DNA of 64,000 nt. It comes from Candidatus Fervidifonticultor secundus. Its GTDB lineage: Bacteria > Sysuimicrobiota > Sysuimicrobiia > Sysuimicrobiales > Humicultoraceae. The stretch spans positions 96,001 to 160,000 of the forward strand of contig JAVKIP010000004.1 in the NCBI GenBank assembly GCA_031459385.1. The letters are read 5' to 3'. Below the pieces are notes generated by a model. That model was given only the letters and a program-made list of their open reading frames with translations. It had not been told where the DNA came from and made no database searches. This document shows positions 26,844-36,740 of the stretch, one piece after another (position 1 is the stretch's first letter; every line of letters begins with the position of its first letter). The translations under genes were made by a program, and so were the position numbers.

Positions 26844-28420
26844 CGACCCGGGCTGCCCTGCAGGCGCAGCCGTCACCGGCCTCCGCGGCCGCGGAGCGGC
26901 CGGTCATCGTGCTGGACTTCGGCGCGCAGTACGCCCAGCTCATCGCGCGCCGCATCCGCGAAGCCCGCGTCTACAGCCTGATCCTGCCCTACGACACACC
27001 GGTCGCCCGGCTCCTGGCCTACCGGCCGCGGGGCATCCTGCTCTCCGGCGGGCCGGCCAGCGTCTACGAACCTGCCGCGCCGCGCGTAGATCCCGCGCTC
27101 TTCGCGGCCGGCATCCCCATCCTGGGCATCTGCTACGGCATGCAGCTCATGGCCCACCTGCTCGGCGGGCAGACCGCGGCGGCCGACCAGCGCGAGTACG
27201 GCCGCACCCGGCTGTTCGTGGACGACGGGGCAGATCTCTTCGCCGGCCTGGAGCCGCGCCTCATCTGCTGGATGAGCCACGGCGACTCGGTCGTGGCCCT
27301 GCCGCCGGGCTTCGTCGCTCTGGCCCACACCGACCGCAGCCCCGTGGCGGCGATGGCCGACCGTTCCCGCCGGCTCTACGGCCTGCAGTTCCACCCCGAG
27401 GTCTCGCACACGCCGTGGGGTCTCGAGGTGCTGCGCAACTTCCTCTACGGGATCTGCCGCTGCGAGCCCACCTGGACCATGGCGTCGTTCGTGGACCGGG
27501 CGGTGGGCGCCATCCGCGCGCAGGTGGGCGCCGGCCGTGCGCTGTGCGCCCTCTCGGGCGGGGTGGACTCGGCCACCGCCGCCGCGCTGGTCCACCGCGC
27601 CATCGGCGATCAGCTCGCGTGCGTCTTCGTCGACCACGGCCTGCTGCGCAAGGGCGAAGCCGAGCAGGTGATCGCGACGTTCCGGGACACCTTCCAGATC
27701 CCGCTGGTCCACGTGGACGCCCGCGAGCGGTTCCTGGCCCGTCTGCGGGGCGTGGTCGATCCCGAGCAGAAGCGTCGGATCATTGGGGAGGAGTTCGTGC
27801 GCGTCTTCGAGGACCAGGCCGCGCGGGTGGGGACGATCGACTTCCTCGTGCAGGGGACGCTGTATCCCGACGTGATCGAGAGCGGCACGCGCACCGCGGC
27901 GCGCATCAAGACCCACCACAACGTCGGCGGGCTCCCCGAGCGCATGCCCTTCCAGCTGGTGGAGCCATTCCGCGACCTCTTCAAGGACGAGGTGCGCGAG
28001 GTAGCGCGCCAGCTGGGGCTGCCCGACCGCATGGTCATGCGGCACCCGTTTCCGGGGCCCGGGCTGGCCATCCGCGTGCTGGGCGAGGTCACGGCCGAGA
28101 AGCTGGCGCTGCTGCGCGAGGCCGACGCCATCATCCTCGAGGAACTGCGGGAGGCCGGGTGGGCCGGGCAGCTCTGGCAGGCGTTCGGCGTACTGCTGCC
28201 CGTGTACACGGTCGGGGTCATGGGCGACGCGCGCACCTACGGGCAGGTGGTGGTCGTCCGCGCCGTCACCAGCGAGGACGGGATGACCGCCGATTGGGCG
28301 CGCCTGCCCGACGACGTCCTGGAGGCGATCGCCAGCCGCATCACCCGCGAGGTCCCGGGCATCACCCGGGTCGTCTACGACCTCACCAGCAAGCCGCCCG
28401 CGACGATCGAGTGGGAGTAG
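26840..28420 (+). CDS. guaA: GMP synthase (glutamine-hydrolysing)
   Basis: [52 protein letters not shown]. Confidence 0.98.
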   Translation: MTTRAALQAQPSPASAAAERPVIVLDFGAQYAQLIARRIREARVYSLILPYDTPVARLLAYRPRGILLSGGPASVYEPAAPRVDPALFAAGIPILGICYGMQLMAHLLGGQTAAADQREYGRTRLFVDDGADLFAGLEPRLICWMSHGDSVVALPPGFVALAHTDRSPVAAMADRSRRLYGLQFHPEVSHTPWGLEVLRNFLYGICRCEPTWTMASFVDRAVGAIRAQVGAGRALCALSGGVDSATAAALVHRAIGDQLACVFVDHGLLRKGEAEQVIATFRDTFQIPLVHVDARERFLARLRGVVDPEQKRRIIGEEFVRVFEDQAARVGTIDFLVQGTLYPDVIESGTRTAARIKTHHNVGGLPERMPFQLVEPFRDLFKDEVREVARQLGLPDRMVMRHPFPGPGLAIRVLGEVTAEKLALLREADAIILEELREAGWAGQLWQAFGVLLPVYTVGVMGDARTYGQVVVVRAVTSEDGMTADWARLPDDVLEAIASRITREVPGITRVVYDLTSKPPATIEWE

Positions 28421-28458
28421 CCCGCGAGGCCGCCGGCCGATATAGTGGACGGCGGACG

Positions 28459-30612
28459 ATGGACCTGCTGGCCGACCTGAACCCCGAGCAACGCCAGGCG
28501 GTCACGCACCCCGGGGGCCCGCTGCTGGTGCTCGCTGGCGCCGGGTCCGGCAAGACCCGGGTGCTGACCTACCGCATCGCGTACCTGATCCGCGCCCGGG
28601 ACGTACCGCCGGCGCGCATCCTGGCCGTGACGTTCACCAACAGGGCCGCGGCCGAGATGCGCCAGCGGCTGGCGCTGCTGCTGGGCGGCGCCGTGGCGCG
28701 CCCCATGTGGATCGGCACGTTCCACGCCACCTGCAGCCGCATCCTGCGCCACCACGGCGCAGCGATCGGCATCCCGCCGACGTTTGCGGTCTACGACGAG
28801 GAGGATCAGCGCGGGGTGCTGCGGGAGGCGATGGAGGCCCTGGGCCTGGACGAGCGCCGGTACCCCCCGCAGGTACTCCACGCCCTGATCGGCCGGGCCA
28901 AGGACGAGGCGCTGGATGCCGACCGCTTCGCGGCGCGCGCGCGCACCTTCCTGGAGGAGGCTGCGGCGCGGGTCTGGCGCGTCTACGAGACGACGCTGCG
29001 CGCGCGGGGCGCGTTGGACTTCGACGATCTCATCTGCGAGGTCCTGCGGCTGTTCGACGCGCACCCGGACGTCCTGGCGACGTACCAGGAGCGCTTCCTC
29101 CACGTGCTGGTCGACGAGTACCAGGACACCAATCACGCGCAGTACCTGCTGGTGCGGGCGCTCGCCGGCCGACACCGGAACGTGACCGTCGTGGGCGATG
29201 ACGACCAGAGCATCTACCGGTGGCGCGGCGCCGACGTCCGCAACATCCTGGAGTTCGAGCGCGACTACCCCGACGCCACAGTCATCACCCTGACCCAGAA
29301 CTACCGCTCCACCAAGACGATCCTGGCTGCCGCGCACGGGGTGATCCAGCACAACCCGCACCGCCATCCCAAGGACCTCTGGACCGGGAACGAGGCCGGC
29401 GTGCCGATCACCGTCTACGAGGCCGCGGACGGCGCCGATGAGGCGCAGTTCATCGTGGACGAGATCGTCTCGCACCGCGCAGCCGGCGGCCGGCTGCGCG
29501 ACGTGGCGGTCCTGTACCGCACCAACGCCCAGTCCCGGTTGCTGGAGGAGGCGTGCCTGCGCGCCGGCCTCCCCTATCAGGTCGTGGGCGGGGTGCGGTT
29601 CTACGAACGCCGGGAGGTCAAGGACCTGCTGGCGTACCTGCGCCTCGTGGTCAACCCCGACGACCTCACGAGCCTGCGGCGCGCCCTGGCCGCGCCCAGG
29701 CGCGGGGTGGGTGAAACCTCCCTGCAGCGCGTGATCGCCTACGCGCAGGCTGCCGGCTGCCCGGTGCTGGAGGCGATGCAGCGCCCCGAGGCACTGGCGG
29801 AGGTGGCGCGGCCTGCCGCCCGGGCGCTGGAGGCCTTCGCCCGGCTCATCGGCGAGTTGCGGGCGCTGGCCGCGCGGCTCCCGGCCAGCCAGGTCATCGC
29901 GCAGGCCATGGTCCGCACGGGCTATCAGGCCATGCTGGAGGCCGAGGGCACCGATGATGCGCTTTCGCGGCTGGAGAACCTCCGTGAGCTGGTCACCGTA
30001 GCGCAGGAGGTGGAGGAGGCCACGGGCGAGATCGAGCTGGTGGCGTTCCTCCAGCACCTGGCGCTGGTGGCCGACGTGGACACGTACCGCGACGACCTGG
30101 ACCGGGTGACGCTCATGACCCTGCACAGCGCCAAGGGGCTGGAGTTCCCCGTGGTCGTCATTGCGGGCCTGGAAGAGGGTCTGTGTCCCCACGCGCGGGC
30201 CATAGAAGAGGAGGGGGGCCTGGACGAGGAACGGCGCCTGTGCTACGTGGGGTTCACGCGCGCCAAGCGCCGCCTGATCCTCACCCATGCCCGGACCCGC
30301 GTGGTCTTCGGCACCACCCACCTGGCCATCCCGTCGCGGTTCCTGGACGAGATCCCCGAGGCGCTGGTCGCCGTGGCGCCGCCCCGCGAGCAGTGGGCCG
30401 TCCCCGCGGGCGGCGCCGCGCGTGCGGGGGGCGCTCCCCGCGGTACCGTCCGGACGCCGGACGTCGGCGCCCGCGTCCGCCACGCCAGGTTCGGTGAGGG
30501 GCAGGTGCTGGAGGTGGAAGGTGAGGGCGCAGGGGCGATCGTCACCGTGCGCTTCGCGGGCGCGGTCAGGCGCCTGGCGCTGGCCTATGCTCCGCTCGAA
30601 CCCGCCGACTGA
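28459..30612 (+). CDS. pcrA: ATP-dependent DNA helicase PcrA/UvrD
   Basis: LAGAGSGKTRVL, VDEYQDTN, VGDDDQSIYRWRGA, TLHSAKGLEFP, EERRLCYV, C-terminal Tudor (VRHARFGEG). Confidence 0.96.
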   Translation: MDLLADLNPEQRQAVTHPGGPLLVLAGAGSGKTRVLTYRIAYLIRARDVPPARILAVTFTNRAAAEMRQRLALLLGGAVARPMWIGTFHATCSRILRHHGAAIGIPPTFAVYDEEDQRGVLREAMEALGLDERRYPPQVLHALIGRAKDEALDADRFAARARTFLEEAAARVWRVYETTLRARGALDFDDLICEVLRLFDAHPDVLATYQERFLHVLVDEYQDTNHAQYLLVRALAGRHRNVTVVGDDDQSIYRWRGADVRNILEFERDYPDATVITLTQNYRSTKTILAAAHGVIQHNPHRHPKDLWTGNEAGVPITVYEAADGADEAQFIVDEIVSHRAAGGRLRDVAVLYRTNAQSRLLEEACLRAGLPYQVVGGVRFYERREVKDLLAYLRLVVNPDDLTSLRRALAAPRRGVGETSLQRVIAYAQAAGCPVLEAMQRPEALAEVARPAARALEAFARLIGELRALAARLPASQVIAQAMVRTGYQAMLEAEGTDDALSRLENLRELVTVAQEVEEATGEIELVAFLQHLALVADVDTYRDDLDRVTLMTLHSAKGLEFPVVVIAGLEEGLCPHARAIEEEGGLDEERRLCYVGFTRAKRRLILTHARTRVVFGTTHLAIPSRFLDEIPEALVAVAPPREQWAVPAGGAARAGGAPRGTVRTPDVGARVRHARFGEGQVLEVEGEGAGAIVTVRFAGAVRRLALAYAPLEPAD

Positions 30613-30660
30613 GCACGGCGTGACCGCGACGCCGCACGGGGTTTCGGTGACCGACGATCC

Positions 30661-30680
30661 TGCTATGCTGGTGGTACGAT
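30661..30680 (+). promoter_or_regulatory. Tandem extended -10 elements upstream of the first peptide ABC module
   Basis: TG-C-TATGCT at 30661 and TG-G-TACGAT at 30672. Confidence 0.4.
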
Positions 30681-30742
30681 CACCGCGCCGACGCCCGTGG
30701 CAGCGGCGGAACGGGCGACGGCAGGGAGGGCGAGCGCGTCCC

Positions 30743-32476
30743 ATGGTGTCGAGACGGCTGATGGTGGTGCTGGTCGTGACAGCCGTGGCCCTGGCTCCGG
30801 CGATGGCGCAGGGTGGCGCCGCGCCGGGGCTGTCGGCGCCCAAGGTGATGGAGGCCCCCGACGTGGGCAGGGCCGGGGGCACCTTCGTGGTGACCTCGAT
30901 CTCCGACCCCCGCACCTTCAACCTGATCGTCGCCCAGGAGACCTCGTCCACCGTGCCGCTGGGCTATCTGTTCGAGAGCCTGGCCGAGACGAACCGGATC
31001 ACGACCGAGGTCGAACCCAACCTGGCCGAGTCGTGGACGGTGAGCCGGGACGGGCGCACCTGGACGTTCACGCTGCGCCGCGGCGTGCAGTGGTTCGACG
31101 GCCGGCCGGTCACGGCCGACGACGTCGTCTTCACCATGGATGCGATCTTCACCCCGGGCGTGCAGTCCAGCTACCCTGACGTGCTCACCATCGCCGGCAA
31201 GCGCATTCAGTACCGGAAGGTCGACGACTACACCGTCGAGTTCCGTACCGAGCAGCCGTTCGGTCCCTTCCTGCGCACGGTGGGTGGCATCGCGCCCATC
31301 CCCAGACACCGGCTGGAGCCGGTGCTGCGGGCGGGCGCCGCCGAGTTCAACCGGGCCTGGGGCATCAACACGCCGCCGCGCGAGCTGATCGGCAACGGCC
31401 CCTTCGTGATGCAGACCTACACGCCCGGCCAGCGGATCGTCTATCTGCGCAACGACAAGTACTGGAAGGTGGACAAGCGCGGGCAGCGGCTGCCCTACCT
31501 GGCCCGGCTGGTGATCGAGATCGTGCCCAACCTGGACGCTGCCCGGCTGAAGTTCCTGGCCCGCGAGACCGACGTCTACGGTGCCCGGCCCCGCGAGTAC
31601 GCCGAGTTCCGGGCGATGCAGCAGCAGCACAACTTCACGATCTTCGACGGGCCGCCGGCGTTCGGCACCGAGTTCCTGATGTTCAACCAGAACCCGGCCG
31701 GCGTGCGCCCGCCCAAGCTGACCTGGTTCCAGAGCGTCAAGTTCCGCCAGGCAGTGAGCCACGCCATCGACCGGGACGCCATCGTGCGGCAGGTGTACGC
31801 CGGGCGGGCCACGCCCCAGTTCGGACCGGTGAGCCCCGCCAACAAGTTCTTCTTCAACCCCAACGTGCGCAAGTATCCGTATGACCTCGCCCGGGCCGAG
31901 GCTCTGCTGCGCGAGGCCGGGTTCGCCAGGGGGGCCGACGGCCTGCTCCGCGATGGCCAGGGGAACGTCGTGGAGTTCACCATCGCCACCAACGCGGGCA
32001 ACACCGAGCGCGAGGCGATCGGCAACCTGATCCGGCAGGACCTGGCCCGGCTGGGCATGCGGGTCGTCTTCGCCCCGGAGGCCTTCAACACCCTGGTGGG
32101 CAAGCTGACGGGAACGTACAACTGGGAGGCGATGATCCTGGGGCTGACGGGCGGCCTGGACCCGCACAACGGGCAGAACGTCTGGAAGTCCAGCGGCTCG
32201 CTGCACATGTGGTGGCCCAAGCAGGAGCGCCCCGCCACCGACTGGGAGGCCGAGATCGACCGGCTCTTCGACCAGGCGGCGACCACCGTCGACCAGGAGA
32301 AGCGCCGGCAGCTCTACTTCCGCTGGCAGGAGATCGTGGCGGAGCATGTCCCGGTCATCTACACCGCCGCGACGCTCACCCAGCCGGCGTTCCGGAACAC
32401 GCTGGGCAACTTCAGCCCCGGCCCGCTGGCGTTCTACGACGTCGAGACGATCTACTACCGGACGCCGTACCGGTAG
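30743..32476 (+). CDS. Peptide/nickel ABC substrate-binding protein (family 5), copy 1
   Basis: Signal peptide, DPRTFN, PNLAESW..TFTLR.GV.W.DG.PVTADDV, FRQAVSHAIDR. Confidence 0.93.
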   Translation: MVSRRLMVVLVVTAVALAPAMAQGGAAPGLSAPKVMEAPDVGRAGGTFVVTSISDPRTFNLIVAQETSSTVPLGYLFESLAETNRITTEVEPNLAESWTVSRDGRTWTFTLRRGVQWFDGRPVTADDVVFTMDAIFTPGVQSSYPDVLTIAGKRIQYRKVDDYTVEFRTEQPFGPFLRTVGGIAPIPRHRLEPVLRAGAAEFNRAWGINTPPRELIGNGPFVMQTYTPGQRIVYLRNDKYWKVDKRGQRLPYLARLVIEIVPNLDAARLKFLARETDVYGARPREYAEFRAMQQQHNFTIFDGPPAFGTEFLMFNQNPAGVRPPKLTWFQSVKFRQAVSHAIDRDAIVRQVYAGRATPQFGPVSPANKFFFNPNVRKYPYDLARAEALLREAGFARGADGLLRDGQGNVVEFTIATNAGNTEREAIGNLIRQDLARLGMRVVFAPEAFNTLVGKLTGTYNWEAMILGLTGGLDPHNGQNVWKSSGSLHMWWPKQERPATDWEAEIDRLFDQAATTVDQEKRRQLYFRWQEIVAEHVPVIYTAATLTQPAFRNTLGNFSPGPLAFYDVETIYYRTPYR

Positions 32477-32518
32477 CGGACCGGGTCGGCGGGCCGCGGG
32501 GCCCGCCGGCGGCGCCTG

Positions 32519-33484
32519 ATGCTGCGGCACATCCTGCGGCGGTTCCTCCAGATGATCCCCATGCTCCTGGGGATCACGCTGGTCTCGTTCGCCATCATCC
32601 AGCTCTCGCCGGGCGACTTCCTGGCCGAGATGCGCCTGAACCCCATCGTCAGCCCCCAGACCGTGGAGCAGATGCGCCGCACCTTCGGCCTCGACCAGCC
32701 CCTGCACGTGCAGTACCTCAAGTGGCTGTGGAACGCCGCGCGCCTGGACTTCGGCTACTCGTTCGCCTACCACGTGCCGGTGATGTGGCTGATCGGCTCG
32801 CGGCTGCTCAACACCCTGGTGCTCAACGTCGTGGCCCTGGCGGTGGCATGGGCGATCGCGATCCCGCTGGGCATCCACGCCGCGCGGCGGCAGTACAGCT
32901 GGTCGGACAACACGCTGTCGTTCGCCGCCTACGTCGGGATCTCGACGCCCACGTTCTTCTCGGGGCTGTTTTTGCTCTACTGGGCGTTCAAGACCGGATG
33001 GCTGCCCATCGGCGGCATGACCAGCATCAACTTCGACGACCTGACGTGGTGGCAGAAGGGACTGGACGTGGCCCACCACATGGTCATCCCGGTGCTGGTC
33101 CTGGGGGTCTTCTCGGTGGCCGGCCTGATGCGGCAGATGCGCGCCAACCTCCTGGAGGTCCTGCGCCAGGACTACGTGCGCACCGCCCGCGCCAAGGGGC
33201 TGCCGGAACCCGTGGTGCTCAACAAGCACGCGGTCCGCAACGCCATCAACCCGCTCATCACGATCTTCGGCTTCGAGCTGGGCGGTCTGCTGGGTGGCTC
33301 GGCGATCCTGGAGAACGTCATCGGCTGGCCGGGGCTGGGCAAGCTCATCGTCGAGGCGGTGCTTCAGAAGGACCTCTACGTGGTCATGGCATCGTTGGTC
33401 ATCGGGTCGGTGATGCTGGTCGTCGGCAACCTGATCGCCGACATCCTGCTGGCCTACAGCGACCCGCGGATCCGGTACGACTGA
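32519..33484 (+). CDS. Peptide ABC permease (OppB/DppB type)
   Basis: GLDQP...QYLKW, DYVRTARAKGL, HAVRNA, DPRIRY. Confidence 0.94.
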   Translation: MLRHILRRFLQMIPMLLGITLVSFAIIQLSPGDFLAEMRLNPIVSPQTVEQMRRTFGLDQPLHVQYLKWLWNAARLDFGYSFAYHVPVMWLIGSRLLNTLVLNVVALAVAWAIAIPLGIHAARRQYSWSDNTLSFAAYVGISTPTFFSGLFLLYWAFKTGWLPIGGMTSINFDDLTWWQKGLDVAHHMVIPVLVLGVFSVAGLMRQMRANLLEVLRQDYVRTARAKGLPEPVVLNKHAVRNAINPLITIFGFELGGLLGGSAILENVIGWPGLGKLIVEAVLQKDLYVVMASLVIGSVMLVVGNLIADILLAYSDPRIRYD

Positions 33485-33491
33485 GGGGACG

Positions 33492-34619
33492 ATGGCGCAG
33501 GACGTGGTGCGACCCACGACGCGCCGGCGGGCTGCCGCAGAGCCGGCGGTGGTGCGGACCCCGGCGCAGCTGGCGTGGCGGCAGCTGCGCAAGCACCGCA
33601 TGGCGCTGGCCGGCGGTGCTGTGCTGGCGTTGCTCTACACGATGGTGCTGCTGGCCGAGTTCATCGCGCCCTACGGGCTCGACTTCACCGACCGCGACCG
33701 GTTTTACCATCCGCCGACCCTGCCCATGGTCCGCGACGCGCAGGGATGGAGCCTGCGCCCCTTCGTCCACCTGACCACCTTGCAGGATCCCGGGCTGCGC
33801 ACGTACACGGCCGATCCGACGCGGCGCTACTACCTGCGCGTCCTGGTCCGCGGCGAGCCGTACCGACTGTTCGGCGTGATCCCGTCGTCGTGGCACCTGT
33901 TCGGGGTGGACCCGCCGGCGCGCATCTTCCTCATGGGGACCGACCAGTCGGGCCGCGACCAGTTCAGCCGCATCATGTACGGCTCCCGGATCTCCATGTC
34001 CATTGGCGTCTTCGCCGCCGCCATCACCATCCCCATCGGCATGCTCTACGGCGGCATCGCGGGCTACTACGGCGGCCGTGTCGACAACCTCATGATGCGG
34101 GCCGCCGAGATCATCATGGCGTTTCCGGGCTTCTACCTGCTGCTGGCGCTGTCGGCCGTGCTGCCCACCAACGTGGGGTGCACCACCCGGTTCTACCTCA
34201 TCACCGTCATCCTGGCGTTTCTCGGCTGGGCCGGCTTCTCGCGCCTGATCCGGGGCATGGTGCTGGCGCTCAAGGCCCAGGAGTACGTGCTGGCCGCCAA
34301 GGCGGCGGGTATGAACGACCTGCCCATCATCGTCCGCCACATTTTGCCCAACACGGCGTCGCTGGTCATCGTGGTGGCGACGCTCGGTATCCCCGGCGCG
34401 ATCCTGGGCGAGTCGGCGCTGTCGTTCTTCGGCTTCGGCGTGCGCGAGCCGTGCGCGTCGTGGGGAAACCTGCTGACGGCCGCGTCCAACCTGCCCACGC
34501 TGATGCTCTCGCCGTGGCTGCTCTTCCCGGGCCTGTTCATCATCGCGGCCGTGGTGGCCTTCAACCTGTTCGGCGACGGGCTGCGCGACGCGCTGGACCC
34601 GCGGCTGCGGACCGGGTAG
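33492..34619 (+). CDS. Peptide ABC permease (OppC/DppC type)
   Basis: GTDQSGRD.FSRI.YGSRISM, RHILPN, NLFGDGLRDALDPR. Confidence 0.94.
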   Translation: MAQDVVRPTTRRRAAAEPAVVRTPAQLAWRQLRKHRMALAGGAVLALLYTMVLLAEFIAPYGLDFTDRDRFYHPPTLPMVRDAQGWSLRPFVHLTTLQDPGLRTYTADPTRRYYLRVLVRGEPYRLFGVIPSSWHLFGVDPPARIFLMGTDQSGRDQFSRIMYGSRISMSIGVFAAAITIPIGMLYGGIAGYYGGRVDNLMMRAAEIIMAFPGFYLLLALSAVLPTNVGCTTRFYLITVILAFLGWAGFSRLIRGMVLALKAQEYVLAAKAAGMNDLPIIVRHILPNTASLVIVVATLGIPGAILGESALSFFGFGVREPCASWGNLLTAASNLPTLMLSPWLLFPGLFIIAAVVAFNLFGDGLRDALDPRLRTG

Positions 34620-34669
34620 CGGTGCGGGGCGACGCCGTCCCCCTCCGCGGAGAGGGCGGGAACCGGGCC

Positions 34670-36133
34670 ATGGGCGCGGCCGCACCCGGGGCCGCCTCGC
34701 CGACTGCCGCCTCGCCCGGTGCGCCCACGCCTGCATGGGCCGCCCTGGCGGTCGGTCTGCTCGTCGGCGGCATGACGGCGCTGCGGGTGGCGCTCGCGGC
34801 GCGCCTCCCCCTGATCCACGACGAGGCGTACTACTGGCTGTGGGCCCGGCGGCTGGACTGGAGCTATGTGGACCACCCACCGCTCGTGGCCTGGCTCCTG
34901 GCCCTGACCCGGCCGCTGGGCGATGCCGCGGTGTGGGTCCGGTTGCCGGCGGTCGCGCTGGGGCTGGGGACGACCTGGGCCCTGTACCTGCTGGCCCGCG
35001 ACCTTTTCGGCGCCCGCGCCGGGCTGCGCGCGGTCGTGCTGTTCCAGGTGGCGCCCGTCCTGGGCGCGGGGGGCCTGATGATGACCCCCGATGCGCCCAT
35101 GTACCTGGCGTGGGCCGTGGCGCTCCGGCTGGCCTGGGCGGCGCTCAACGGTCGCCCGCGGCGGTGGGCCGGCGCCGGCGCCGCGATTGGGCTGGCGCTG
35201 CTCGGCAAGCTCTATGCTGTCACGCTAGGCACCGGCGTGGCGGCATACCTGCTGGCGAGCGACCGCGCCTGGCTGCGCCGGCGCGAGCCGTACATCGCCG
35301 CCGCGCTGGCCGCGCTCGTGCTGGCGCCGGTCGTCTACTGGAACATCGTCCACGACTGGGCGGCGCTGCGCTTTCTCGTCTACTACCGCACGGAGATCGG
35401 CGCGCCGCCAGGGGCCGGCGCGTACGGACGGCTCCTGACCCAGCACCTGCCGCTGGTGCTGTTCCTGCTGCCGGCGTTTGCGTGGGCGCTGTGGACGACC
35501 TGGACGCGGAGGCAAGACCGCACGTGGGCGTTCCTCTTCTGGACGGCGCTGCCGGCCGTGGTGGCGCCCTTTCTCGTGGCTCCTCTGGGCGCGGCCCGGG
35601 GGCACTGGATGGGGCCGGCGTACCTGGGGCTGGCGGTCGCCCTAGCCGGTCTGTGGCGGTGGTGGGTCACCGCACTGGCCCTGGCGAACGCCGCGGTCCT
35701 GGCAGCGTTCGCCGCGGTCGTGCTGCTGCCCTGGGGCCCCGTGGTTCCCGGCGCGCGGGAGTTCTACGGGTGGAAGGAGGCCGGGGAGCGGGCCGCAGCC
35801 GTTGCCGCCCGGCTCGGCCCGGCCGCGGTGATCGTGGCCGACCGCTACCAGGTAGCCGCCCAACTGGGCTACCACACGCGTGATAGGGTGCCGGTGGTGC
35901 TGCTGCCGGAGGCCCCTCCCGGCTCGATCTGGCCTGCGGCGGCGGCCTACGCGGGTCGGCCGGGAGTTGTCGTCACCTATGCTCCGGAGCGGTTCAGCCT
36001 GGAGGGATGTCTGGAGGGAGTGGAAGGCCTGCCGTCTTTGTCGATCGATCTGAAGGGGCGGGCCATACAAGAGTTTAGGCTATTTACCTTTTCTCGGTTG
36101 AAGCCTGGCTGCATTGGCTCGGTCACGCCTTAG
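34670..36133 (+). CDS. Second ArnT/PMT-like GT-C glycosyltransferase
   Basis: DEAYYWLWARRLDWSYVDHPPLVAW, MTPDAP, many TMs; start uncertain. Confidence 0.85.
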   Translation: MGAAAPGAASPTAASPGAPTPAWAALAVGLLVGGMTALRVALAARLPLIHDEAYYWLWARRLDWSYVDHPPLVAWLLALTRPLGDAAVWVRLPAVALGLGTTWALYLLARDLFGARAGLRAVVLFQVAPVLGAGGLMMTPDAPMYLAWAVALRLAWAALNGRPRRWAGAGAAIGLALLGKLYAVTLGTGVAAYLLASDRAWLRRREPYIAAALAALVLAPVVYWNIVHDWAALRFLVYYRTEIGAPPGAGAYGRLLTQHLPLVLFLLPAFAWALWTTWTRRQDRTWAFLFWTALPAVVAPFLVAPLGAARGHWMGPAYLGLAVALAGLWRWWVTALALANAAVLAAFAAVVLLPWGPVVPGAREFYGWKEAGERAAAVAARLGPAAVIVADRYQVAAQLGYHTRDRVPVVLLPEAPPGSIWPAAAAYAGRPGVVVTYAPERFSLEGCLEGVEGLPSLSIDLKGRAIQEFRLFTFSRLKPGCIGSVTP

Positions 36134-36202
36134 AGTGTGAGCGATCCTCCGCTGACCGTACCCGCTGACAACCACCCAGGAGCGCCACTGCTTGCCATCC
36201 AG

Positions 36203-36222
36203 GGAACCACCGAGGAACCACC
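36203..36222. repeat. Direct repeat GGAACCACC x2 with 11-bp period
   Basis: Copies at 36203-36211 and 36214-36222; partial copy AACCACC at 36170. Confidence 0.6.
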
Positions 36223-36292
36223 AACAGGATTTTCGACGTATAGTGCAGTAGACAACAGTATATATATATCGCTATGCGGGATAGTCGGAAAA

Positions 36293-36676
36293 ATGACCTC
36301 GGCGAGGAACCGGCAAGGAGGGCAAGGAGGAGGAGATGCTGGGCCGCTCATGACGGTCGACCAGGTGGCCCGGTATCTCCAGCTCAACCGTCTCACAGTC
36401 TACCGCTACATCCGCGAAGGACGCCTCCCGGCGTCGCGGATCGGGAAAGTGTATCGGATCAGGGTGGATGACGTCGAGCGGTTCCTGGAGGCGCGCAAGG
36501 TTGCCGGCGCGCGCACGGAGGCACCTCGCCCGGAAGCCGCGGGGGTCACACGCCGCGCGCGCATCCCGGAGGAGGAGATCGCCGTGGCGCCTGCGCGCCC
36601 GGAGCGTCGTCGCGGCGGCGAGGCCGCCCGGCTCGACGACGATCCGCTCGAGGTCATCTTGCGAGGGTTGCACTAG
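36293..36676 (+). CDS. Excisionase/HTH_17 (BldC-like) DNA-binding protein
   Basis: LMTVDQVARYLQLNRLTVYRYIREGRLPASRIGKVYRIRVDDVERFL; true start may be 36350. Confidence 0.88.
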   Translation: MTSARNRQGGQGGGDAGPLMTVDQVARYLQLNRLTVYRYIREGRLPASRIGKVYRIRVDDVERFLEARKVAGARTEAPRPEAAGVTRRARIPEEEIAVAPARPERRRGGEAARLDDDPLEVILRGLH

Positions 36677-36740
36677 ACCGGGGCACGGGAGCGGGCGTCC
36701 CGGCGGGCATGTCACTACATCGGCAAGGAGGAGATCCACC

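Noticed and set aside
36250..36275. CAGTATATATATATCG as a LexA/SOS box
   Set aside because: Does not match CTGT-N8-ACAG or GAAC-N4-GTTC, and the downstream genes are not repair genes.
36293..36676. HTH_17 gene as a prophage or ICE excisionase
   Set aside because: No integrase, att repeats or phage genes in the window; it sits in line with an ABC operon.
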